This document shows, one piece after another, positions 51,241 through 61,505 of a DNA stretch of 64,000 nucleotides (the first letter of the stretch is position 1; every line of letters starts with the position of its first letter). The stretch covers positions 7,395-71,394 of the forward strand of contig CAVUSA010000002.1 of assembly GCA_963744015.1 (NCBI GenBank), read 5' to 3'. The position numbers and the translations under genes were made by a program. The notes under the pieces were generated by a model. The model was not told the DNA's origin. It saw only the letters and a list, made by a program, of their open reading frames with translations, and did not search any database. This DNA is from an uncultured Gammaproteobacteria bacterium. GTDB taxonomy: Bacteria > Acidobacteriota > Terriglobia > Terriglobales > Acidobacteriaceae.

Positions 51241-51967
51241 ATGTCGGACGCGCTCCATCAATCCATCTACCGTGTGTCCTCGCTGCTGATCAGCATCCTG
51301 CCCGGCCTGCTGGCGTTTGTGCTGGCATTGGGCCTGATGATCGGCATCGGCGTCCTGCTGAGCTGGATCGTTCGACGCATCCTCACCGCCGCCAAGTTCG
51401 ACGATCGCCTCGCTCGCAACCAGACCAGCGTGGCCGACTGGTCGCCCTCGCATAGTCCCACCGTCCTTGCCGGGCGATTCGCCTTCTGGGGCTGCGTCGT
51501 GCTCGGCCTGGTGATCGGCATCCTTTCCTTCGACGCCTCGTACTCCGGCGCGCTCGGCGCTTTCGATCTCGCTGCTGCCTTACCTGACGCGCTCCGTCGG
51601 CGCCATTCTGCTCCTGTTCGCCGGCAACATCATCGCCCGTTTTCTGGCGCGCACGGTGCTGATCGGCGCGGTCAACAACCAGCTGCAGTACGCCCGCTTC
51701 CTCTCGATGGGCGTCAAGTGGCTGGTGCTGGTGCTCACCGCCGCCATGGTGCTCGATCACCTGCAGATTGGCGGCAACATCGTCGAACTCGCCTTCGGCA
51801 TCCTGTTCGGCGGCATCGTGCTGACGCTCGTCGCTTGCCGTCGGCCTGGGCTCGCGCGACCTGGTCATCGCGCTCGCTCGAACGCACCGCCGATCGGCCG
51901 GAACGAGCCCCCGATCCCCGGCAGCGAAGCGCGTCCAGAGGTCGAGCAGACTCTCCGCCACTTCTAA
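51241..51967 (+). CDS. CmpX/MscS TM-helix-like membrane protein (frameshifted)
   Basis: LPGLLA...DDRL, MVLDHLQIGGNIVELAFGILFGG..LA.GLG. Confidence 0.6.
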
Positions 51968-52063
51968 CGCCTCGACAAGGCGCGACCCGGGAGGCCAACC
52001 AGAAACCCCAACGTATACTCGATCGGGGAAGGCACACTCTTCCTGAAGGAAACGCGCGAACGC

Positions 52064-52319
52064 ATGCAGCAGCAGGAGATCTACGCACAACTCACGGGCA
52101 TCTTTCACGACGTCTTCGACGACGACACCCTGGTTCTGACCCCAGACCTTACCGCCGCCAGACGTGCCCGAGTGGGACTCCTTCAACCACATCAACCTGA
52201 TCGTGGCCATCGAGTCGCGCCTGAAGATCAAATTCCAGACCGCCGAACTGGAGTCCATGAACACCGTCGGCCATCTGGTGGATCTGATCGAGAAGAAGCT
52301 GGCCGCGCAGGGCCGCTGA
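52064..52319 (+). CDS. Acyl carrier protein (WDS type), one frameshift
   Basis: IFHDVFDDD..LTA.DVPEWDSFNHINLIVAIES...NTVGHLVDLIEKK. Confidence 0.85.
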
Positions 52320-52661
52320 AGTCCGATGGGGCGTGCGATTGCCGGACACTCCCGCCGGCGCGAATAGCACGGATGGGGGACGCGGATTGGACCTTGGTGC
52401 TGTGGAAAGCGCCGGGAGAGGCATATCCCTCGTTAGAACCTTAAGCGATTCTCGTACTTGTCAGCCGGTCAAACCGGCGGCAGAAACGAGGCATGTTCCC
52501 GATGCACGATCTTCTTGTGGCCTCCGGTTTTCTATTCATGGTCATCCTTCCCTGCCTGGTTACCCTGGGCGCAGCGGATGTGGACAGCGAAGAGGCGTAG
52601 CTCAAGCTCCCTCTCGCTGCATTCTTTTTCGTGTCATCGGCGCTGCGCCGCTGCACCGGCC

Positions 52662-53222
52662 TCAACCGTAAAGCGAGCGCGCCGCTTCCAGCGCAGCCGG
52701 CGAATCGATATCAAGCTCGCCGCCCGGCAGCTCAATCGCCTCGGCATCGCGCAGCAAACCGCGTGCACCCCGATCCCCTTCCATGCGCACAAGCTGGGAA
52801 AAGGAACTTGCCGGAAAACAGGCAGGCACGCCCCGACGTTCCCCGTAGCGGGACGCGACCGGCGCCCGGTGGCAATGCTCCACCAGCCTGCGCAGATGTC
52901 CGGCCGTGACCGCGGGCTGATCGCAGGTCAGCACGACGACCGCATCACTGCCCGGCGGCAACGCCAATACTCCAGCGGATAGAGACGATCCCATTCCTTC
53001 AGCCCAGGCTGGATTCAGAACAACCTGTGCCGCACCTGGCGTCCACTGCTTGCGGATCTCTTCCGCGCCGGCGCCCAGGACCACGATCACGGGCTCCAGC
53101 GCGGCCTCTGTGGCGACGCGCACGGCGCGTTCGAGCAGAAGTTCGCCGGCGAGGCGCACCAACTGCTTGGGCTGTCCCAGGCGCGTGGAAGCGCCTGCCG
53201 CGAGCACAATGGCCGCCGCCAT
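52662..53222 (-). CDS. mocA: Molybdenum cofactor cytidylyltransferase-like NTP transferase
   Basis: LAAGASTRLGQPKQL, WAEGMGSS, CDQP, GDRGAR, DID. Confidence 0.8.
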   Translation of the reverse strand: MAAAIVLAAGASTRLGQPKQLVRLAGELLLERAVRVATEAALEPVIVVLGAGAEEIRKQWTPGAAQVVLNPAWAEGMGSSLSAGVLALPPGSDAVVVLTCDQPAVTAGHLRRLVEHCHRAPVASRYGERRGVPACFPASSFSQLVRMEGDRGARGLLRDAEAIELPGGELDIDSPAALEAARSLYG

Positions 53223-54341
53223 CAGGCTTCCAGTGCGCACTGCGCCTGCAGATAGCGCGAGGCGCCGCCCTGCTCGATCTGCTCGGCGACATCGGCCGCG
53301 GTAAGCCGGCGCGAGACCGGGATGCGGCCGGTGGCGACCGCCTGCACCTCGGCCACGATCGCAAGCGCGATCGTCTCCGGGCCATCGCCGCCGAGGTCCA
53401 TGCCGACCGGCGCGAAGACGCCGCTCGCAGCAGGCGGCGACTGTTCGCCCGAGGATGGCCGCGGCCTCGGCAACCAGCAGGCTGCTGCGGTGGCGCGATC
53501 CCAGCAGACCCGAGATAGCGCGGGCTCGAGCGGCAGCACTGCAGCCAGCAGATCGCGGTCCTGCTCATAGCTGTGCGTCATCAGGATCACCGCGTCGTCA
53601 CGCGCCGATATCGAGCGCAGCGCCGGCGGCGGGTAGCTGCAGCACGCGTTCGGCGCGCGGGAAAGCGCTCGGGCTGTGGCGAGCTGCGCGCGGCCATCCG
53701 CGACGATGACCGTCCAGCCCAGCAACGCGGCGATCTCGACCAGCGGGCCGGGCGTCGTCTCCCGCGCCAAGGACGAACAGGCGCTGCGGCGGCTTCGAGC
53801 CGCTCGACGAAGCGGCCGTCGTACTCCTGGCCGGGCTGGAGGCCGCGCGCGCAATCGATCTTCTGCTGCGTCAAGCGCAGGGCTGGCGAAGAGCACTTCG
53901 CCCTCTGCGGGTCGAAGACGACGCCGGCGCAGCGGGCGCGTCGCGTCGGGCAGAAAGCTACACACGCGTCGCTTCGCGCCCTCGAGCGACGCCGGCCAGG
54001 GCCTGCAGCAGCGCGTCGCCTTCCGGCGTCGCGAAGCGGCTCAAACAGGAGGTCGACCGTGCCGCCGCAGCCGAGTCCGTAAGGGAATGTCCGCGGTGTC
54101 GTCGAAGGTGGTGGCGTAGCGCTCGATGGCGGCGCCGATCGCGTGCGATCCAGGCGCGCGCGGCGGATGACGTCGGCTTCCAGGCAGCCGCCGCTGATGG
54201 TGCCGGCGTGGCGCGCCGGCGGCGGATAGCAGCCGCGCGCCCGGGCGGCGATAGGACGAGCCCTCCGCGCGCACCAGCGTGACGAGCACGCGCGCCGGGC
54301 CGGCGCTGCCACAATTCGACGATCTGGCGGCGTTCCATCAT
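53222..54341 (-). CDS. xdhC: XdhC/CoxI family accessory protein (many frameshifts)
   Basis: GSSYRRPGAR, GTISGGCLEAD, YGLGCGG, MTHSYEQD, APVGMDLGGDGPETIALAIVAE. Confidence 0.85.
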
Positions 54342-54513
54342 GACGTCACCATCTTCTCTTAATCGGTGATCGGATGCAGCACAGTCTCCGCTCGCGCGCA
54401 AAACTCTGATAAACTCACAAGAGTCGAGCGCGCGAGCCTTGCAGGCGTATCCCAAATGCCTGCACAACCGGGTGAGCGCCCTTCCCTTCGACATCTTCAC
54501 CGCAACATAAGTT

Positions 54514-54590
<77 letters not shown>

Positions 54591-54648
54591 TTCTTTTCTC
54601 CTCAGTTTTCCGGTACAGAGACTATGTACCCCCTCCCCTAGAGTGGAT

Positions 54649-54760
54649 GTAAATTCCGGACAGATAAGGACTTAGATTCGGTTCTCCAGTTGCGAACCGG
54701 GCCTAACTCCTTTGTTTCGTTGTGTGGTTTCCCGTAAATTCCGGAGAGATAAGAACTTAG
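54649..54760. repeat. 27-bp direct repeat pair with an internal inverted partial copy
   Basis: gtaaattccggacagataaggacttag (54649..54675) and gtaaattccggagagataagaacttag (54734..54760); ctaactccttt at 54703..54713. Confidence 0.8.
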
Positions 54761-55065
54761 CTGATTCACGGGGCGCACTTTTCCGCGGGCGGAATCAGGC
54801 GCCGGGCTGGGCTCCCAGGCCACTGATTTAGGAGGGAAACTCGTTTTCCGGAGTCTGCCGTTCCGCATCTGCTATAGTGCTCCACATTCTGAAGCTGATC
54901 CTGCAAGCAGGCCCGAGACGGCAGCGCATTGGACGCGCATGCCGTGCATGAGCAAGTGATTGCGTTCCAAGCGCTTTGATGTGGAGATGCCTTCCCGGTC
55001 TGCCAGACTGGCGGGACGGGAATGGGGGCTCCTGGCGTAGCACTCCGCGGCAGAAAGGCAGTGCG

Positions 55066-55458
55066 ATGGCGATGGGGGATGACGAAGAGGACGCGCTGGA
55101 GGGTTCCTCCGGTTCAGCCGAGGACGATGCGGACGACGGGAACCTGAGCGTCACGGTGAGCGGGCCGCCAGAGAAGGTGATGGCGGCGCTGAGCGTGATG
55201 AATTTTCAGCAGCCAGTGACGCCCGCCCTTTGCCAGCAGATTGCGCTGGCTGCGACGGACAACGCGGCGGCGACGGTGGGCGACACGCTGGGCGGGCTGG
55301 ACATGCTGTCTCCCGAGTCGCGGACGGCGTATACGGAGCGTTGTGCGCTGCACCTGAAGAGCCAGACGGGGTACACGATCGACCCCTCGGCTTTACCGCA
55401 GGCCGAAGACACGATGGTGCAGGAAGTGGCGGGAGCGATGTTCGATGCGACCACTTAG
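55066..55458 (+). CDS. Hypothetical acidic protein with weak ACP-like C-terminal pattern
   Basis: AGAAAGG RBS; overlaps next gene by 14 nt. Confidence 0.65.
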   Translation: MAMGDDEEDALEGSSGSAEDDADDGNLSVTVSGPPEKVMAALSVMNFQQPVTPALCQQIALAATDNAAATVGDTLGGLDMLSPESRTAYTERCALHLKSQTGYTIDPSALPQAEDTMVQEVAGAMFDATT

Positions 55459-56737
55459 AGTTGGCGGTCTGGGGCTGTTGCTGCTGCTGGGTTCAGCGGC
55501 GTGCGTGGCTGCGGCTCCGCCGAAGAAGATCCAGGCGAAGCTCCACGTGGCTACTGTGAACGCACGGACGCGCGGCTCGGTGGAGATTCTTTACTACGAC
55601 CTCGCGGCGAAGGATCAGGCGGCGATTACGGCGGCGGTCGGGACGGCGGCCTCCTGGTCGATCCTGGTAGATGATCAGTTGAGCACGATCCGGGTGCAGG
55701 AGGCGACGGCCGCGGCCGGGCTGATCTCGCTGACGCTGACGCAGCCCTTCGACGCGGAGACGGTGGCGAAACATCGCATCTCGGTGTTGTTTGCAGGAGA
55801 TCCGACGGCGGGGGTGGCGCCGGAGTCGGTCGACGTGAAGCAGCCGAAGCCTGAGGCAAAGCTGGCAAGCCGGTGGATGCTGCCGCAGTTCGCGTTGACG
55901 GGCGACAAGAAGAAGGCCAATCTGGACGCGTCGGGTTCGCTGCAGACCGCGGTCGGGGCCACGCCGCTGTACCAGTGGAGCGTGCTGGCGCAGTACCCGG
56001 TGGAGTACCTGGGCACGAACTATGTCTTCAAGGCGGGGCCGAAGTTCACGGGCCTGGCAAGCCAGCAGACGAATGCCGATCCGGATTCGCTCAGCCTCCG
56101 CGCGGCGGGCGAGTTCGACTTCCCCGACGCGAAGCTGGGATCGCGTCCGCTGCCGATCAACCTCGATTTCAACGCCGTTGACTACGAGTTCGAGCGCAAG
56201 GCGAAGCAGGAGGCGGTGCTGGTGAACGGGAAGGCGACGCTGAACCCGTACCAGCAGAAGAATACGAACCTCATCGTCTCGGGCGGAGTGCAGTTTGTGG
56301 AGGCGTGGCGCTACGGGAAAGTCAACCTGCCAAACGTCAATCTCAGCCTGGGCACGGAGTTCGGGTCGGCGGTGTCGCGGAGTGTTCTGAATAAAAACCC
56401 GAAGGGCGGGTTTTCGGATAATCCGCTGCGCGCGGTGGCAGGCGCGGACGTGTACTTCGACCTGCCGAAGGTAGGGTCGCAGCCGCTGTTGACCGTGGAT
56501 GGACACTACACTGTGCGGTCGCTGTTTCATCCCGAGCCGTACAGCCAGGAGGGCGTGAACGGGGGCAACCAGTTCTATGCGACGAAGGCGCGGCACTTCA
56601 TCGCGGTAAACCTGGCGCGGGCGATCGCCAAGGGCGCGAACCTTACGGTGCAATACAAGTTCGGGTCGCTGCCGCCGTCGTTCACGTTTGTGGATCACCA
56701 GGTGACGATCGGGCTGGAGATCGTTCTGGGCAAGTAG
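55445..56737 (+). CDS. Secreted beta-strand-rich hypothetical protein (possible outer-membrane protein)
   Basis: Signal peptide; alternating amphipathic strands to the C-terminus (ANLTVQYKFG, HQVTIGLEIVLG). Confidence 0.7.
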   Translation: MRPLRVGGLGLLLLLGSAACVAAAPPKKIQAKLHVATVNARTRGSVEILYYDLAAKDQAAITAAVGTAASWSILVDDQLSTIRVQEATAAAGLISLTLTQPFDAETVAKHRISVLFAGDPTAGVAPESVDVKQPKPEAKLASRWMLPQFALTGDKKKANLDASGSLQTAVGATPLYQWSVLAQYPVEYLGTNYVFKAGPKFTGLASQQTNADPDSLSLRAAGEFDFPDAKLGSRPLPINLDFNAVDYEFERKAKQEAVLVNGKATLNPYQQKNTNLIVSGGVQFVEAWRYGKVNLPNVNLSLGTEFGSAVSRSVLNKNPKGGFSDNPLRAVAGADVYFDLPKVGSQPLLTVDGHYTVRSLFHPEPYSQEGVNGGNQFYATKARHFIAVNLARAIAKGANLTVQYKFGSLPPSFTFVDHQVTIGLEIVLGK

Positions 56738-56844
56738 GAAAGACGGGTCGATGGATTTGGCGGCACCCTGGGCCGGGGGTTTGCGCTAAAGATGAGAAAG
56801 CATTTTGCCCGGCGCGGCCGGGAGCGGTTGCGCGAGGTCTGCCC

Positions 56845-58689
56845 ATGCATCGGTTCGGAGATCGGTTGGCTGCGGGAAGAGAAACTCTCAGGACGGTTGC
56901 GTGCGTGCTGCTGCTGAGCCTTGCCGGGGCGATGGTGGCCGGAGCGCAGGCGGCTGCGAACCAAACAGCACCCACTTCCGATTCGCAGAAGAGTTCGAAG
57001 GCTGCCGCGACGAAGGAGAAATCTCAGGACAACAAGGCGGATGGCGGCGCAACCACTCCGCAAAAGACGACGACCAATCTTTGCGGCGACGACACGCCCC
57101 AAAAGCCGCCGCTGGACAAGACGGCTCCGGAATCGCGGATAGAGGGGGTGCTGTACCTGGCGCCTCCGTCGCCGAATCAAACAGAGGATCAGCTTTCAGG
57201 GGAGTTCACGCTGGAGTTTCTGAACCGCGAGACCGCGGATCATCGCGTGTACAAGATTCAAGCGCTGTGCAGGAGCGGCAACAGCCACAAGCGTTTTTAC
57301 CAGGAGGACATGCCGGCGGGGACGTATGAAGAGTCGCTGAACCAGGCGGGGCGCGCTCCGGCGGTGCAGGTGGTGACGGTGGCGCGGGGCGAGACCCGGC
57401 GCGTGGACCTGGCGGTGGATGTGTCGCCGATCCCGATGACAAAGCATCTGTTCTGGATCCCGCTTGTTTACCTGCTGACGATTCTGCTGGTGCGCTGGAA
57501 TAACTTCGCGCTGCCGAACCGGATTGCGCTGGAGGCGGAGCTGGAGGATGTGGCGTCGCGGATGCGGATGGCGGGCTTCAAGGATACGGATGGTCCAATG
57601 CCGCAGATCCTGGCGGCGCGGCAGCATCTGCATCGCTGGGAGCCGATGGAGTTCTTGTTCTGGTCGCGCGGCAAGGAGTATGCGGGCTGGCAGATCGGGC
57701 ACCAGGCCGAGTTGACGCTGATCTCGCACTCGACAGCGGAGCGGGTGGATGCGCTGATGCTGAAGTCGATGCAGCAGCTGGCGGACATCAACACGCCGCA
57801 GTCGAACGGGCTGGCGACGCGCGCGACCCAGATGCTGACGCCGGAAGCCTCGCTCGAAGTGCGGCGCGAAGTGCTGATCCAGTTGCAGAATTTCATCTAT
57901 GAGGCAGACGACACGGGTTTTTCGGTGCTGTGCTCGTGGCAGAACAAGGCCTTCTGGCTGACACTGACGGGGTTGCTGCTGATTGTGGGGGTTGGCTCAA
58001 CCGAAGACCACCTGAGCCTGTTCATTGCGGGGGCGGTGGGGGGTTTCCTGTCGCGGCTGATGCGGCAGCTGACGCGGGCCAACGTGCCCTCGGACTACGG
58101 CGCCTCGTGGGCGACCCTTTTTCTGAGTCCGACGGCCGGCGCGCTGGCGGGATGGTTCGGCTGCGTGCTGATCATGCTGCTTTCGGACAAGCACATCGGG
58201 GTGTTGAGCGGGCCGCTGCTGGCGATCAACTGGGACGCGCCAAATACGGCGCCGGTGATTGGCGCGGCGTTTCTGCTGGGCTTCTCGGAGCGGCTGTTCG
58301 ACCGGATTGTGGGGCAGCTGGAGAACACCGTCGCCGAGAAGAATGACAAGGTCAAGAATGCGGCGCCGCCGGCGACCGTAACGCAGACGGCGGCAGCAGC
58401 CGCGGCAACGAACGCTCCGGTGACAATTTCGCACAAGACGGAGACCGTCAAGGCGGGAAGCGTGTGCACGCTCGCGCTGGCGGGAGTCGATCTTTCCGCG
58501 GTGAATGCGGTGCAACTGGTGAGTGCGGCGAACAGCAACCAGACGCCGGCATCGCAGGTGACCTCGGGAGCGTCGAGCGTCACGTTTACCATTCCGCCGA
58601 CGACTGCGGCGGGCGCCTACACGCTGCTGCTGGGATCTGCCGGAGGCAAGTCCCTTGACCCCGCACGCACGATCAACGTCATTGCCTGA
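56845..58689 (+). CDS. Multi-domain membrane protein with GFSER-type TM bundle and C-terminal Ig/IPT-like domain
   Basis: Signal peptide, periplasmic beta domain, TM, helical domain, GAVGGFLSRL / PTAGALAG / AFLLGFSERLF helices, VTFTIPPTTAAGAYTLL. Confidence 0.75.
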   Translation: MHRFGDRLAAGRETLRTVACVLLLSLAGAMVAGAQAAANQTAPTSDSQKSSKAAATKEKSQDNKADGGATTPQKTTTNLCGDDTPQKPPLDKTAPESRIEGVLYLAPPSPNQTEDQLSGEFTLEFLNRETADHRVYKIQALCRSGNSHKRFYQEDMPAGTYEESLNQAGRAPAVQVVTVARGETRRVDLAVDVSPIPMTKHLFWIPLVYLLTILLVRWNNFALPNRIALEAELEDVASRMRMAGFKDTDGPMPQILAARQHLHRWEPMEFLFWSRGKEYAGWQIGHQAELTLISHSTAERVDALMLKSMQQLADINTPQSNGLATRATQMLTPEASLEVRREVLIQLQNFIYEADDTGFSVLCSWQNKAFWLTLTGLLLIVGVGSTEDHLSLFIAGAVGGFLSRLMRQLTRANVPSDYGASWATLFLSPTAGALAGWFGCVLIMLLSDKHIGVLSGPLLAINWDAPNTAPVIGAAFLLGFSERLFDRIVGQLENTVAEKNDKVKNAAPPATVTQTAAAAAATNAPVTISHKTETVKAGSVCTLALAGVDLSAVNAVQLVSAANSNQTPASQVTSGASSVTFTIPPTTAAGAYTLLLGSAGGKSLDPARTINVIA

Positions 58690-58700
58690 ACCTTGGAGGA

Positions 58701-59375
58701 ATGGATATGGCTACCGCAGGAATGGATACAGGGATTTACCCGGGCGACCCGGTGATGAAGGGTTTGAAGGAAGATTTTCCCTACAGCTTTTGCGGATACT
58801 ACCTGGCTGCCCCATGTCATCCGGGGACGAGCTGGATGGGCAAGCGCGCGAACCTGGTGAGCATGGGCTGGAACCTGATCATCATTTATGTCGGCCAGCA
58901 GGTTGCGGGGGTGAGCCGCTGCACGAGGAACACCCTGACCGCCGACCAGGGCGCGCAGGACGGCGACGAGGCTTCGCGCGTGGCGGCCGCGGAAGGCTTC
59001 CCGACGGGCAGCGCGATCTTCCTCGACCTGGAGCCGGTGGACCCGACGAGCGCCGAGCTGCAGGCACTGTTGACCTATGCGACAAGCTGGGTTTCGCAGG
59101 TGCTGCAGGGAGACTTTCTTCCGGCGATCTATTGCCATGTGAAGAACGCCGAGGCGGTGCGGCAGGCGATCGAAAACAGCGGCGTGACCGAGGAGCTGCG
59201 CTTCTGGGTGTGCGGCGCGAAGGGATTCAGCCTGTTTGAAGAGCCTTCGGACTCAGGGGTGGCGTTTGCGACGGTGTGGCAGGGGCCGACGATTACCCAG
59301 AGCGTGCGCGGCGTTTCGGTGAGCATTGACCAGAATGTTTCGGTTCTGGCGGATCCTTCGGGAGCCTCGGCGTAG
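58701..59375 (+). CDS. DUF1906 (Rv2525c-like) glycoside hydrolase, putative peptidoglycan hydrolase
   Basis: GMDTGIYPG, FCGYYL, GWNLIIIYVGQQ, GFPTGSAIFLDLE, AIYC, VWQ, IDQNVS; GGAGG RBS. Confidence 0.8.
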   Translation: MDMATAGMDTGIYPGDPVMKGLKEDFPYSFCGYYLAAPCHPGTSWMGKRANLVSMGWNLIIIYVGQQVAGVSRCTRNTLTADQGAQDGDEASRVAAAEGFPTGSAIFLDLEPVDPTSAELQALLTYATSWVSQVLQGDFLPAIYCHVKNAEAVRQAIENSGVTEELRFWVCGAKGFSLFEEPSDSGVAFATVWQGPTITQSVRGVSVSIDQNVSVLADPSGASA

Positions 59376-59408
59376 GGTAGGCTCCGGAGGTTGGGCGGAG
59401 GAGCAACG

Positions 59409-59491
59409 ACAACTACGGAGATTCTGGCTTCGCCGAATGACGGCTTTGGCCGGTTTGGAGATTCTGGCTTCGCCAGAGTGACGGCTTTGGC
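59409..59491. repeat. Two tandem REP-like GGAGATTCTGGCTTCGCC units
   Basis: 59417..59450 and 59457..59491 are near-identical. Confidence 0.8.
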
Positions 59492-59710
59492 GGTACGGGC
59501 CGGAGCGCCGTCCGGGCGCGCCGGAGTTACGGTGGCTGAGGCGGCAAACACCTGTGCGCTTACACGCATCCATTCTTGCAGTAGCTGCGATGCTCGCCGC
59601 GCACGATTGCGGTGTTTTCTTCGTGCGCACTCCTTTTGTCGTCAAGGCCATACGCCCTCTGGTGGCGATCCTCCTCCCCGATTCACGAACGAAGGCAAGT
59701 GAGGATCCCG

Positions 59711-61505
59711 ATGGAGATGCCGTTTGGCGCAACGACCCTGGCTGATGGAGCCGTGCGCTTTCGCCTGTTTGCCCCTGCGGCAGAGCATGTTGACCTGGAT
59801 CTCGAAGGTGGGGAAGAGCGGCTGCGGATGACAGCGGCTGCGGACGGTTGGCACGAAGTGTCTTCGGCCGCGGCGCATGCCGGCTCGCTGTACCGCTACA
59901 TTCTGCCGGATGGCACCGCGGTGCCTGATCCGGCGTCGCGTTTTCAGCCGCGCGACCTCGGTGGACCGAGCGAAGTGGTGAACCCTGCGGAGTATGCGTG
60001 GCAGGACTCAACTTGGCGGGGCCGGCCGTGGTCTCAGGCCGTGCTCTATGAGCTGCACCTGGGTACCTTCACGCCGGAAGGCACACTCCGCGCCGCGATG
60101 GAAAAGCTGCCGCACCTGGCGGCTCTGGGCATCACGGGCATCGAGTTGATGTGCCTGGCCGACTTTGCCGGGCGATCGGAACTGGGGATACGACGGGGTG
60201 CTGCTATACGCGCCGGACTCTGCCTACGGGACGCCGGGGGAGCTGAAGGCGTTTGTGGATGCGGCACACGGGCACGGGATGATGGTGCTGCTGGATGTGG
60301 TGTATAGCCACTTCGGACCGGAGGGGAATGCGATGCCGCGGTACTTCCCGCAGGTGTGCAGCGACCGCCACGAGACGCCGTGGGGCAAGGGGCTGAACTT
60401 CGACGGCGCGCATAGTGAGGTGGTGCGTGACTTCATCCTGAGCAATGCGCTGTACTGGATTGACGAGTTCCACATGGACGGGCTGCGGCTGGACGCTTCG
60501 CATGCGATGGTGGATGACAGCCGGCGGCACATCCTGGACGATCTGCGCGACCGGGTGATGGAGCTGGGCTGCGGACGCCCGATCCACCTGATCCTGGAGC
60601 ATGAGACGGGTATCGAGGCGCGTCTGCGGCGCGACGCGGGCGGACACCCAACCAGCTACACCGCGCAGTGGAATCACGACATCACGCATCTGCTGGGGGC
60701 TGCGTTTGGTGAGTTGAACGAACAGGGCGACGACGAAACCCGCAAGCTGACCAAGGCGCTGGCCGAAGGCTTCGTGATTGCGGAGCAGGAGCAGCATGCG
60801 GGCACCCAGTGCTGTGTGCCGCCGACGGCCTTTGTGGCCTTCATGCAGACCCATGACCTGATCGGCAACCGGGTCTTTGGCGAGCGGATCTTCGCCGACG
60901 CGCCGGCGGAGACAATCCGGGCGATCGCCGCGGTGTATCTGCTGCTGCCGCAGATTCCGATGCTTTTCATGGGCGAGGAATGGGGTGCCTCGACGCCCTT
61001 TCCCTACTTCTGCGACTTCCATGGCGAGTTGGCCGGCGCGGTGCAGCGCGGACGCAAGGAGCAGCTCGCGCATCTTGATCCGGCGCCTTCAGCGGACGAA
61101 CTTCGCCGGGCGCCGGACCCGCAGGCGGACAGCACGATGCGCAGCGCGCAGTTGCGCTGGGACGAGGTTGCCACGGAACCGCACAGTGCGTGGCTGGCCT
61201 GGTACACCGGGATTCTCGCGGTGCGGGGGCGTGAGGTGGCTCCGCTGCTGGAGCAGCTTACGCAGTGCTGCGGAACAGCGGAGGTGCTGGCGCCGGGTGT
61301 CTTCCGCGTGGTGTGGGAGCTTGCAGGTGGACGGCTGCACCTGGCGGCGAGCCTTTGCAGCCGGCCGGCGGCAGGCTTCGGCGAAGCTGTGGGGAGGGTG
61401 ATCTGGGAGGCAGGTGGGGACTCCTCGGGGCGCGAGCCGCAGCCCTGGACGGTGCGCTGGAGCATAGAGACGTATGCTGCCGGGGAGACGGAGGAAGCCG
61501 CATGA
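59711..61505 (+). CDS. treZ: Malto-oligosyltrehalose trehalohydrolase, copy 1 (frameshift near 60170)
   Basis: [59 protein letters not shown]. Confidence 0.88.

Noticed and set aside
52320-52661. Possible small gene or ncRNA between the ACP gene and mocA
   Set aside because: The short ORFs lack recognisable motifs or a clear RBS, and no convincing structure was seen.
54649-54760. Mini CRISPR array here or at 59409..59491
   Set aside because: Only two units each, spacers of 58 and 6 nt, and no cas genes.
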